DNA from: Antedon mediterranea
Taxonomy: Eukaryota; Animalia; Echinodermata
Reading direction: 5' to 3'
Assembly: GCF_964355755.1 (NCBI RefSeq)
Contig: NC_092672.1
Coordinates: 18,861,237 to 18,925,236 of the forward strand
DNA: 64,000 nucleotides
The position numbers and the translations under genes are program-made. Below the pieces are notes generated by a model. The model was not told the DNA's origin and did not search any database. It saw only the letters and a list, made by a program, of their open reading frames with translations. Of the stretch, positions 23,150 to 34,516 are shown piece by piece; the stretch's first letter is position 1, and each line of letters starts with the position of its first letter.

Positions 23150-24481
23150 ATGAGAAGAAACGTTTTATTTTTGTTCTTATTATTATGTTTACACCATAGT
23201 AAGGCTACGATTGAATTCAAAGAGCAACCTTCTGACGGTCGCGTGGATCTTGGAAAGGATCATACTTTTTCCTGTATAGTTAATGGTATGGATAATCAAC
23301 AATATTTGGCTTGGTTAAAAGATGGAGTACTAATACGAACTCAGGAAGCTAGAATAACAATTGGATATAGCAATATCAAGATTGGAAAATTAACAACTTT
23401 GACTTTAAATAAACTTTTAAAATCTGACAGGGGACGTTATCAATGTGTCGTTATATCAACTGAAACAAATTCAATAGAGGAACGCTCATTGGAGGCTATA
23501 CTTACAGTGTTATCTCAACCGTCATCGATATATCCACTGTGTTCTGGACATGAAGATAACATTGCCATTGGATCAGTTATAACAATTTCTTGTATTTCAG
23601 AACGTGTTGAACCTCCTGTAAATTTAACAATTTCTCGTAACATGAATATAGTTAAAAATGGTGTCTCGTTTGTAGAAAATGAAAAGTTACAAATGCTATT
23701 AAAAACAAGAAAAGAAGATAATCGAGCTATTTTCACATGCCATCAGACTTCACCACTAGCTCCCGAATCAGAATCTACGTGTTCTATTGGCCCGTTAAAT
23801 GTTCAATATAAACCAGAAATACAGCTTCAATACACCAATCCTGTTATACCAGAAAGGGAGACAATTTTATTTTGTCAGACATCGTCTAACCCACCTGTTG
23901 GGACTTATAATTGGAAAATTGAACCAAATTTTGCAAAAAGTGACTACAGTATTGATGAAACTGGACAGGTACTAAAACTAATCAAACCTTCGATAGTGCA
24001 CAACGGAACAAATATTACATGCACCGCTGTAAATAAAATCGGTAAATCATCATCAACCGTTACGATATTAGTTGAATCTCCGAATATTTTAAAAAGTAAT
24101 GAGCAAAATGGCAAACTACGAAATCAAAATTCAGGTAATAACATGACTGGAAAAAAATTATCATTGGATGTTATCATCGTAATCGCTTCTGGTGTTGTTA
24201 TCATTATTGTACTTGTTGTTCTGGTTCCCGTATATCATTATTGTTTGTGTGGTAATGATAACACTATTATAGTTGATTCTTTAGGAAAAGAAGTAACTCA
24301 ACCTGAAGTGTATTATGAGACAAGAGAGGGAGTTATTTTAAGACATACAGTACAAGATCGTTCATTACCTCGTGTACCTACTACAGAAGTATATGGTCAT
24401 TGGAGACACTCAACAGCTTCACAGGTTCCTAATGATCTTGAATCACATAGTTATACTTACATTGACACTGAAAATGATTGA
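23150..24481 (+). CDS. G7: 3-Ig type-I membrane receptor (subfamily C, close paralog of G4)
   Basis: 443 aa ORF, almost identical to G4 from Ig2 onward. Upstream ~500 bp is homologous to the G4 upstream region. Confidence 0.92.
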   Translation: MRRNVLFLFLLLCLHHSKATIEFKEQPSDGRVDLGKDHTFSCIVNGMDNQQYLAWLKDGVLIRTQEARITIGYSNIKIGKLTTLTLNKLLKSDRGRYQCVVISTETNSIEERSLEAILTVLSQPSSIYPLCSGHEDNIAIGSVITISCISERVEPPVNLTISRNMNIVKNGVSFVENEKLQMLLKTRKEDNRAIFTCHQTSPLAPESESTCSIGPLNVQYKPEIQLQYTNPVIPERETILFCQTSSNPPVGTYNWKIEPNFAKSDYSIDETGQVLKLIKPSIVHNGTNITCTAVNKIGKSSSTVTILVESPNILKSNEQNGKLRNQNSGNNMTGKKLSLDVIIVIASGVVIIIVLVVLVPVYHYCLCGNDNTIIVDSLGKEVTQPEVYYETREGVILRHTVQDRSLPRVPTTEVYGHWRHSTASQVPNDLESHSYTYIDTEND

Positions 24482-25053
24482 TATCAAAGCATCTATAAGA
24501 GCAACAACACTGGTTCCGATTATTACACTTTTGCTAAATAAATTATTAAATTATTTACTTTATGTTGTTCTTGATATCGACATTTTATATGTATTATTTT
24601 GAAGGTATCATTCATTTTTAAGTATATGTTTCAAATGTTTTTCTTGTTGTCATGCTTGTTCTTTCAAGTATCATAATTCCTATTACATCTTCTATTGAAT
24701 GGACATTTTAATTGATAGAAATTAAACACAACTTCCAATAGGAAAACATATATTACATTTCAAATGATAAACAGGGTACATCAAGCAATTAAGGCTACGT
24801 GACTGTTAATTAGTGATCGACAGTTTTAGAATTATAATCCGATTCTTGGTATTGTGTCTAGATTTCTCCTATATCGTAGGAATATTCGGCAATACAACTT
24901 CACAAGTGTGTCACGTATATTGCCTATAGTATAGACAATAACCTAACACCTAACTACTGTAACCTTACATGATACAAGCACCAAATGTGATACACATGAT
25001 ATCTTATATTACTGAATATTCCTGATACAGGACAATTGTGAAGATACATACAA

Positions 25054-25250
25054 TGATTCTTTAAGAAAAGAAGTAACTCAACCTGAAGTGTATTATGAAA
25101 CAAGAGATGGAGTTATTTTAAGACATACAGTAAAGAGATCGTTCATTATCTTGTGTACCTACTACAGAGGTATAGGGTCATTGGAGACACTCAACAGCTT
25201 CACATCTTGAATCACATAGTTATATTTACATTGACACTGAAAATGATTGA
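25054..25250 (+). pseudogene. Orphan fragment of the constant cytoplasmic tail
   Basis: DSLRKEVTQPEVYYETRDGVILRHTV, then a frameshift and a small deletion; ends gacactgaaaatgattga. Confidence 0.85.
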
Positions 25251-26265
25251 TGTCAAGGTACTTAGAAATCTAGGATCATTTCAATTTTTTTTGTAATTAT
25301 CAACAGATATCTGCTGAAATTAGTTTAGTAATTTCTATTGTGTTATTATGTTTCAGTTGAGACATACTTTACATAAATAACCTTATACACCAACCATTGT
25401 TAATAACATTGCGTCTAATAAGAATTGATGACTTTATTTAAAGATGTATTGTCCCTTTGACAAATTCCAACAAAATAAAAATTAAAAGATTTCGAAAAAA
25501 AGTGGGTAATTTTGAACTATCATAATAGTTAATAACTTTCACAAAAAATTTGTCGAAAAAAAAATCATTTAACTGAAATACAGACGTTTTTTGGTTAAAA
25601 AAATAACTTTGACTTCCAGTCAAAGTTTTCAATCAAAACATACGCATAATCATAAAACTTCCTCGCGATCTGTGTGAAAACAACTTCTTAACCGTGACAA
25701 GTTGTAAACAATCCTAATTAGCATCATGCATAATGCATACTCATGGTTTGAAATCTTTGTTTACTTTCGCTCGCGACTATTTTCCAGACGAAATGTAATA
25801 AAATTAATTTAGCTGTTAATTACGTAAAATTGTTGTACTTGGCTTGAATTTTCGACTTAAAGTGAATAATTTTAATATTACTTTGATATGGCCAATTAAA
25901 ATTTAGTATATTTTGACCTTCATTTTTTTTGTGTTTTAAGGGACAATACATCTTTAACATTTACAATAATTGTATTCAATCGCTATAATGCAAAAATAGT
26001 AATATTCCGATTAAATTCAATAAAATATTTAAAATTATTATTAGCTTCCTATAGAAAAAAATCATTATATAAATGACTCCTTTAGATTCATTTTGAAAAT
26101 GGTGTGTTGTAAAGTTTTTTGAGGAAAACGAGAAACACAACTTTCTAATATACTGGTACAACGTCATAACCGATAGACTACAGGATTTCCATGCTGGTAC
26201 TGATATAATAGATTCGCAACCCTCTGCATGATTATTTACCTGTTCATAAGAAATGATACAGTAAA

Positions 26266-27615
26266 ATGAGCACTTTGTTAACAGTGATTCTTACATTGAT
26301 TATGACAACGGGTTTTGTAATTTGTGACGGACCTATTACGTTTATAGATGAACCCATAAACGGATATGTTGATATTGGAGAAGATCATTCTTTTTCTTGC
26401 ATTGTTAGTGGGTTAATGAATGAGAAGCTTACATGGTATAAAGATGAAAGTCTGATGATGTTAAATGAAGAAGAATCTAGAATATCTGAAGTCCAAAATG
26501 AAGTATCAATCGGAAATTTTACAACATTGATTATTGACAATACATTGCAAAGTGATACCGGTTTCTATCAATGTGTTGTTATATCATTATCGTATGGAGG
26601 AATATTGAAACGTTCTCGTAAAGCGGAATTAATTGTTCGTTCTTTACCTTCTCCAGAATATCCCCTTTGTCATCAATCAAAACCTGACACTCTGTTAGGT
26701 TCTACAATGTCAATGTCGTGTGTTTCTGAAAACGTTAACCCTCCTGTAACTTTACAATTTACACGTAATTCTAAGAATGTGAACTCTGGAATACCAATGA
26801 AAGAGAAAGGAAACTTAGTAACAGTTCAACTTACAAAAAACACGACGAAAGATGATAATGGTGCAGTATACGAATGTCACCAGCATTCATCATTTGATTC
26901 AAGTTATCACAAATTATGTTCAATGAAACCTCTGAATATACAATATAAACCTGATATAAAGATACAACACACTAATCCAGTGTTACCTGGACGAGAGACG
27001 ATTCTATTCTGCCAAACATTTGCTAATCCACCGGTCTCACAATATCGTTGGACATTAGTGCCTCCAATAAAAGATGAAGATATTTTTGTAGACAAAACTG
27101 GACAAACATTAAAACTGTTACGACCTTCAATAGACCAAAGTGGAACAACTATAACATGTACTGCTGCTAATGAAATTGGACAGGTATCATCGTCTGTAGT
27201 ATTAACAGTTTCAAATTCTATCATTAACTCAGATAATTTGTACGAACCATCGAGTAATACAAACTTAAACAATTCCCAGAAAGGAATAAGTTTATCATTA
27301 GATGTTGTTATTATCATCGCAGCTGGTGTTGTTATCATTATTGTACTTGTTGTTCTGGTTCCCGTTTATCATTATTGTTTGTGTGGTAATGATAACACTA
27401 TAATAGTTGATTCTTTAGGAAAAGAAGTAACTCAACCTGAAGTGTATTATGAGACAAGAGAGGGGGTTATTTTAAGACATACAGTACAAGATCGTTCGTT
27501 ACCTCGTGTACCTACTACAGAAGTATATGGTCATTGGAGACACTCAACAGCTTCACAGGTTCCTAATGATCTTGAATCACATAGTTATACTTACATTGAC
27601 ACAGAAAATGATTGA
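26266..27615 (+). CDS. G8: 3-Ig type-I membrane receptor (subfamily D)
   Basis: 449 aa ORF, same architecture and tail. Confidence 0.92.
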   Translation: MSTLLTVILTLIMTTGFVICDGPITFIDEPINGYVDIGEDHSFSCIVSGLMNEKLTWYKDESLMMLNEEESRISEVQNEVSIGNFTTLIIDNTLQSDTGFYQCVVISLSYGGILKRSRKAELIVRSLPSPEYPLCHQSKPDTLLGSTMSMSCVSENVNPPVTLQFTRNSKNVNSGIPMKEKGNLVTVQLTKNTTKDDNGAVYECHQHSSFDSSYHKLCSMKPLNIQYKPDIKIQHTNPVLPGRETILFCQTFANPPVSQYRWTLVPPIKDEDIFVDKTGQTLKLLRPSIDQSGTTITCTAANEIGQVSSSVVLTVSNSIINSDNLYEPSSNTNLNNSQKGISLSLDVVIIIAAGVVIIIVLVVLVPVYHYCLCGNDNTIIVDSLGKEVTQPEVYYETREGVILRHTVQDRSLPRVPTTEVYGHWRHSTASQVPNDLESHSYTYIDTEND

Positions 27616-27754
27616 TAGGAAGGTAGCTAAAAGTAAGTCTAGGATCAAATTAATTTACATAAGGGAAAAATTAGGTAAATCGTCAGTTACTTACAGAATT
27701 TTTACTCGATGGTATATACAGTTGGCTCATATTTTCGGTACTGTTTACTAATTA

Positions 27755-29907
27755 AGATTATGGCGACAATGTAAGATTAATTAATGATGTAATTCAGTAT
27801 ATGGATAACGGCAGGTTAACAGGAGCTCTTGTTAGCGTAGATTTTAGTAAAGCCTTTGACACTGTAAATAGACATTTTCTTGTAAGTACCTTGCGTTCTT
27901 TCAATTTTGGTTCTTCTTTCATTTCATGGGTGAACGTACTGTATTCAGATACAGAATGTGTAATAATGAATAACGGTTGGTGTTCAAAAAGCTTCAAAAT
28001 GCATAGAGGGATCAGACAAGGCTGTCCCCTTTCTGCCTTACTATTCATTTTAGTAGCAGAAATAATGGCTTTAAGAATTAAAAGTGATCAAAATATCGAA
28101 GGGATTGCCCTTCCAGGCAAGGATGACTATACAACTGAAGTCAAAATTGCACAATTAGCAGATGACACAGTTTTATTTCTAAAAAATGAAAACAGTATAA
28201 AGAATAGCATTGATAAAATCGTTGAATTTGGTCTAGTATCAGGTTTAAAGCTAAACAAAGAAAAAACCAATGCCAGGGCGTTGGAAAAACAGAAAGAAGA
28301 ACGAAAATGTGTTCAACATCAATTGGGTGTACAGTAGTTTTAAGATTCTAGGTATACATGTTGGCCATGACAAAGAAATATGTTTTACTAAAAACTGGTC
28401 TGAAAAAATTCAATCTTTTAAAAAAATGCTTGATACATGGCACAAAAGAAACCTCTCGATATTTGGCAAAGTTATGATTTTAAAAACACTGGGTTTAGCA
28501 AAGTTAATCTACAATGCAAGTATTATAGATACCCCGGAATGCGTTTTAAATGAAGTCGATAAAATTGTATTCGATTTTATTTGGAATAATAAAACAGAAA
28601 AGATAAAAAGATTAACATTAATCAATGATTATAATACTGGTGGAATAAATGCTCCAGACTTCAGATGTCAACTCAAGGCACTACAAATGTCATGGCTTAA
28701 AATATTGTACAATGATGACACTTCAAAATGGAAGTGTTTACCTAAAATGTATTTTAACAAAATAGGTCCAAGAGAGGTTATTGAAAATATATCATATGTA
28801 AAATATAAAGAAACACATTACAGTAGTATGCCTTTATTATATAAATAAACAAAGAAACACATTCAATCAATATTCTGTCAAAATGTCACTTTCCTATGAA
28901 CAAATGATAGAACAACCTATATGGGGCAACAACTTGATAACACACAATGGTTTCTCACTCCTTTATAGGAATTGGATCTGGTATAACAAAGATGAAACAT
29001 TATAATAATAATAATTATAATTGATAACAGATTTATTAATACAAATGAATTACTATTTTTGTTAAATATCAAATCGAATTGGATTGCTGAATTGTCATGT
29101 CTACTAAAAGCAATACCACGAGAATGGAAAGATATAATTTATTCAAAAATTGATAATGTAAAAGTTAACGAAGTTATATCAATACAGTATAGTAAAATGA
29201 GTTGTAAAAAAATTCGTCTCCTTTTTATCAAAAAAAAAATGTAAAGAACCAACCAAGAGTAAAACAAAGTGGGAAACACATTTTAATATAGCGAACGATT
29301 GGACACTGACATGGAAAAGAAAAGTAAATGATATTAAAGATAACAAACTTAAACAGCTAAATTTCAAACTATTGCATTGTAATATTCCTACCAATAGAAG
29401 GCTCTTTAAATGGAATATCAATAATACAGACACTTGCCTGCAATGTAATGTAATAGAAGATGATAAACACTTCTTTTACCAATGTACTGAAGCAAATGAT
29501 TTATGGAAATACATTAATGTTTATACCACATATAAGTTTGGAATTGAGGCAAACTTTCAAAATATTGTACTCGGTACCGGAAACAGATATGTTGACCACA
29601 TGTTCTCTCTTGGATGCTTCTGTATCTATAAAGCACACATTTTGAAAAAAGTAAAGAAATGGAATTATGGTTCACTTTCTCGCCTCTTTTTGGCAGAAAA
29701 AAAATAATAGGTTATACCTTAACCGACTATTATAATACGGTATATTCTACAGAGGTTTATATAACGCTGTACAATGCCAATAGGTGGTTAAATCTTTATA
29801 TAGAATTATTTTAAAAAAATGAAAATAAATGAAATAAATATTAAAAACAAAACGAAACGTAACATATAAGTAAGCAACAAATATAACCATGAGACACAAA
29901 CATAAAA
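27755..29907 (+). mobile_element. 5'-truncated Tx1/L1-clade LINE, copy 1 (frameshifted)
   Basis: RT motifs VDFSKAFD, GIRQGCPLS, LADDT, KILGI and LSIFGKVMILKTL; C-terminal CxxC..H zinc-knuckle-like region. Confidence 0.9.
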
Positions 29908-30290
29908 CTGTTTGTGATTTAGGCTAATTTCACTACAAGATGTGTATGCGAGTTTGGTGTAAAGGTATAACAAACTTTTCAATTAATTATAGCTTCAGTT
30001 GACTAACAATAGAACAGCAACGCGAAAATCAAAAGAGTGAATTTGAAAAGAAATAGGTTTTTTAAAACTACTCGCATCAAAAAAGTGCATGTTAAATCAA
30101 ATTATGTTTTAAAATTACAAATAACAAATTATAACTCGTTTTTTAAACAAGTAGTTCTCGAAAAAATGCAATTTCAGTTTATTTGTTACTTTAAGACTGC
30201 TCGCCGGCTTTTGAAAAATCTGTCGTATCGTTTAACCCTAGCAGGTCTGAAAATAATTATAAAAAGTGGTCCAGAATTGGGAGTTTTATA
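29908..30290 (+). repeat. HINE-like element fragment (5' part deleted)
   Basis: Homologous to 11780-12345, 38077-38460 and 62860-63100. Confidence 0.6.
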
Positions 30291-30812
30291 GAATGTGTAA
30301 TTTTATTGTCACATAATAGTTATTCACGTTAACCAAACAATTATTTATCTGAAAAAATGTAATTTAAAGCAAAAAAATATTTAAATTGTCTGTCAGACAA
30401 TGGGTTGTTGGGTTATAATTAAACGTTTCGTTACGTTAATTATACTAAATAAATATTTTTTTGTTGTTACAGAAGTGAATAACTTGTTTCTGAAGTAAAA
30501 TACAACAAGAATTCCTACTTTGATATGAAACAGACTCAATTTCGGTCACTGTCAAGTCTGGGGTCACTTCATCAAGCCTAGATACTTTAAGTGTAAAGTA
30601 TCCTATTACAAACAAAATCTTTAATGGACTGTTTTGATAATAATTCAATGATTATCTGACTGCTTTGCTTTGGGATTTGTAATTTTAGCATGACGTGTCC
30701 TAGTAAAAAATAAAGAAAAAACGTCGGCCTCTACTATAACTACTGCTTACTTTCACCTTTTGAATGAGTAGTCCTCTTGGGACGTAGCTGGCTAAAGCAG
30801 CAGCGTGAAACA
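30290..30812. repeat. Interspersed repeat; duplicate at 38460-38980 and inverted copy at ~60712-61190
   Basis: tgggacgtagctggctaaagcagcagcgtgaaa and aagtctggggtcacttcatca are found reverse-complemented at 60712-61005. Confidence 0.65.
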
Positions 30813-33027
30813 AATACTATACTATGTACTAAATAGATTTAGACCTACATACGTTTATAGAAACGTATTGCTTAGGGATAAATGGAACATTCTAATCTCT
30901 TAGTCTTTTTTACCATCATTATTTGGTATAACACAAGTAGATAAGACCTAGACCTACATTTTAATAGCAGACATAAATAGTATTGCAAAAGTTAGTTAAA
31001 ATAGTGTATAACAAATGTTGACAATAAATATAAACCATTTTTAGTCGCTTGCAACGCGACTATGCGGCTCACTATGTCGGTCGGTTGGTCGGTCGTTCGG
31101 TAAACACTAACTTGAGCATGCGAATGCAGCCATCTATATTTCCTTGTTTTTCTTACTGTGAGTGTGGGTACTGTTAGATACATGAACACATATACAAATA
31201 AACATTATTACTGACAGTTTTTTGTATTAGGCCTATTATTAATAATATATAACATATAAACGTCTTAGTAGTGTATCGTTACATAATACTTTACTATTTC
31301 AATCGACTATGGCAGTGACAGTTTCAATAAAGTATTACGTCGCAAATGTTTTACTGTGTTTAGTGGTACATTATTTATAAAACATGAAAACAAATTAATT
31401 CCGTTACTGAGTGGATAAAGAATATATCTAAAATTGTTCGTCTTTGCACTTCCCCATCCCTCAACTCTAATGTTATGTACAAAATACAAATTTGGTTTGT
31501 TTAAGTTTGACCAAATTGTTTTCTCTTTCGGAAGAAATTCCCATGATGCTAAGTTTAGTTGTTGACTAAATAAATCACCGTGTCTATTTATTCGTTCATG
31601 TAAATGACATGTATAGTCCTATGGTACCAACTTAGCATTGCGTACTTTTAAAAATCGCCAGTTTTTTACGCTAAAATTACTGTGCATTCGAGAACCATTT
31701 TTGGGCACGACCTAGATGGTACGAAGCGAGGCAAGCGTACCATTTAGTATTTTCAATTAACAGAAATCTGCTGAATATAGCTTATTAATCTCTACTGTGT
31801 TATTTTATGTTCTGTTGAGACATACTTTATACATGTTGGAATAAATATTTTCTCCATACTTTGTATAAATATAACTTGAACTTTTGTTTAAAATTTTAAT
31901 TGAAAGAGGTGTATCTCTGTAGGTAATATCTTACGACACTGGTATGGTAATCAATAATTTGTTGTTAAATGGGAAAATTGTGTTTCTTCACCATTTTTTT
32001 TTCTGTTATTAGCCGTGTGCGTCAAATGGGTGTAATGTCTCCGTTGCTTTACAGTATATGACGATCTTAATGCACAACTTAAAGAGAGTCCAAATTATTG
32101 GGGTAGGCCTACTATTTGTGATAAAAAGGTAAATTGTCTCAGCTACGCTAATAACATGGTTCCCATGGCTCCTTCTGCTATTGGTGTACATATAATAATC
32201 TCATTAATGTGTGTGTGATCTTTTTGCTATGAATTGATATATTTTGTATAATTCTATAAAACTCAAGTGTATGGTATTATTTCTTATTATTGTAAGTTAC
32301 GAACCACACTGTTCTCGAAATTGTTGATAGTATAACATATTACTTAGGTATGTGATTTGTAACTAATGCTGATATTAAGAAATAGTATTGAGCTTTGTGC
32401 ATCAGAGCTAATAATTTTATATTATGCAGGACATTTTCCAAATTAGTTATTTAAAAACGTATTTCCTTAATGTATGACTCCATGGAGTAAATTCAAGGTG
32501 AAAGGTACTGTGAACTCATTTAGAGTTTGCTTTAATAACGGGTTACCAAGAAAGCACAAGCATAATGTTTGTTGTTACGAATTACGTTCCCCCAATTTAT
32601 GAATATTGAGAACTCCATCCTTATTTTACTGAATTCATGACAATTGTAATAATAGCTTATTTAAAACAATAGTCAATGCAAAATCCAACCTGCATCAGCG
32701 TTGGTGCGAATTGATATTTTAGGGTGTTTTTGTGGTAGATGCTATCTAAAAGAGTAATATTTTGTATAATCCAATACAATATTTAAGATTTCCATTAACT
32801 TCTAATAGAAAAACATTTATAAGCGTTTCCTTAGATTCATTTTAATTAAGTATATAATGTGATAATGATGTTTTATAAAGTTTTTGAGAAAACGAGAAAC
32901 ACAACTTTGTAATATACTGGTACAACGTCATAACGTAATAACGATAAACTACTGAATAGTTCTGTAGGTACTGGCATAATAGCTTCGCATGATTATTTAC
33001 CTGTTCGTAAGAAAACGATACAGTAAA

Positions 33028-34377
33028 ATGAGCACTTTGTTAACAGTGATTCATACATTGATTATGACAACGGTTTGTGTAGTTTGTGACGGACCTATTA
33101 CGTTTATAGATGAACCCATAAACGGATATGTTGATATTGGTGAGGACCACTCTTTGTTTTGTATTGTTAGTGGATTAATTAATGAGAAGCTTACATGGTT
33201 TAAAGATGGTGGACAAATATATTTAAACGAAGAAGAATCACGAAAATCTGTTGTTCACAGTGAAAGATCATTAGGAAATTTAACAACACTGGTTATTACA
33301 GATGCTTCGCGACGTGATGCCGGTTTTTATCAATGTGTTGTTTTATCACTCAATTCTGCGAGAATAATTGAAAGTTCACGTAAAGCGGAATTAATTGTGC
33401 GTTCTAAACCTTCTCCAGAGTATCCTCTTTGTCATCAATCAAAACCTGACACTCTGTTAGGTTCTACAATGTCAATGTCGTGTGTTTCTGAAAAGGTTAA
33501 CCCTCCTGTAACTTTACAATTCACACGTAATTCTAAGAATATAAATTCTGGAATACCAATGACAAAGAAAGGAAACTTGGTAAAAGTTCAACTTACGTTA
33601 AACGCGACGAAAGGTGACAATTCAGCAGTTTACGAATGTCACCAGTATTCATCATTTGATTCAAATGATCACAAATCATGTTCAATGAAACCTCTGAATA
33701 TACAATATAAACCTGAGATAAAGATACAACACACTAATCCAGTGTTACCTGGACGAGAGACGATTATATTCTGCCAAACATTTGCTAATCCACCTGTCTC
33801 ACAATATCGTTGGACATTAGTGCCTCCAATAAAAGATGAAGATATTTTTGTAGACAAAACTGGACAAACATTAAAACTGTTACGACCTTCAATAGACCAA
33901 AGTGGAACAACTATAACATGTACTGCTGCTAATGAAATTGGACAGGTATCATCGTCTGTAGTATTAACAGTTTCAAATTCTATCATTAACTCAGATAATT
34001 TGTACGAACCATCGAGTAATACAAACTTAAACAATTCCCAGAAAGGAATAAGTTTATCATTAGATGTTGTTATTATCATCGCAGCTGGTGTTGTTATCAT
34101 TATTGTACTTGTTGTTCTGGTTCCCGTTTATCATTATTGTTTGTGTGGTAATGATAACACTATAATAGTTGATTCTTTAGGAAAAGAAGTAACTCAACCT
34201 GAAGTGTATTATGAGACAAGAGAGGGGGTTATTTTAAGACATACAGTACAAGATCGTTCATTACCTCGTGTACCTACTACAGAAGTATATGGTCATTGGA
34301 GACACTCAACAGCTTCACAGGTTCCTAATGATCTTGAATCACATAGTTATACTTACATTGACACAGAAAATGATTGA
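33028..34377 (+). CDS. G9: 3-Ig type-I membrane receptor (subfamily D, mosaic)
   Basis: ATG 33028 is homologous to the G8/G10 starts; an in-frame upstream ATG lies at 32989. Same architecture and tail. Confidence 0.92.
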   Translation: MSTLLTVIHTLIMTTVCVVCDGPITFIDEPINGYVDIGEDHSLFCIVSGLINEKLTWFKDGGQIYLNEEESRKSVVHSERSLGNLTTLVITDASRRDAGFYQCVVLSLNSARIIESSRKAELIVRSKPSPEYPLCHQSKPDTLLGSTMSMSCVSEKVNPPVTLQFTRNSKNINSGIPMTKKGNLVKVQLTLNATKGDNSAVYECHQYSSFDSNDHKSCSMKPLNIQYKPEIKIQHTNPVLPGRETIIFCQTFANPPVSQYRWTLVPPIKDEDIFVDKTGQTLKLLRPSIDQSGTTITCTAANEIGQVSSSVVLTVSNSIINSDNLYEPSSNTNLNNSQKGISLSLDVVIIIAAGVVIIIVLVVLVPVYHYCLCGNDNTIIVDSLGKEVTQPEVYYETREGVILRHTVQDRSLPRVPTTEVYGHWRHSTASQVPNDLESHSYTYIDTEND

Positions 34378-34516
34378 TAGGAAGGTAGCTAAAAGTAAGT
34401 CTAGGATCATATTAATTTACATAAGGGAAAAATTAGGTAAATCGTCAGTTACTTACAGAATTTTTACTCGATGGTATATACAGTTGGCTCATATTTTCGG
34501 TACTGTTTACTAATTA

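Noticed and set aside
18708-25250. Orphan tails as spliced shared constant exons (protocadherin-like)
   Set aside because: Both carry stops or frameshifts and lack the TM; every intact gene already has its own tail.
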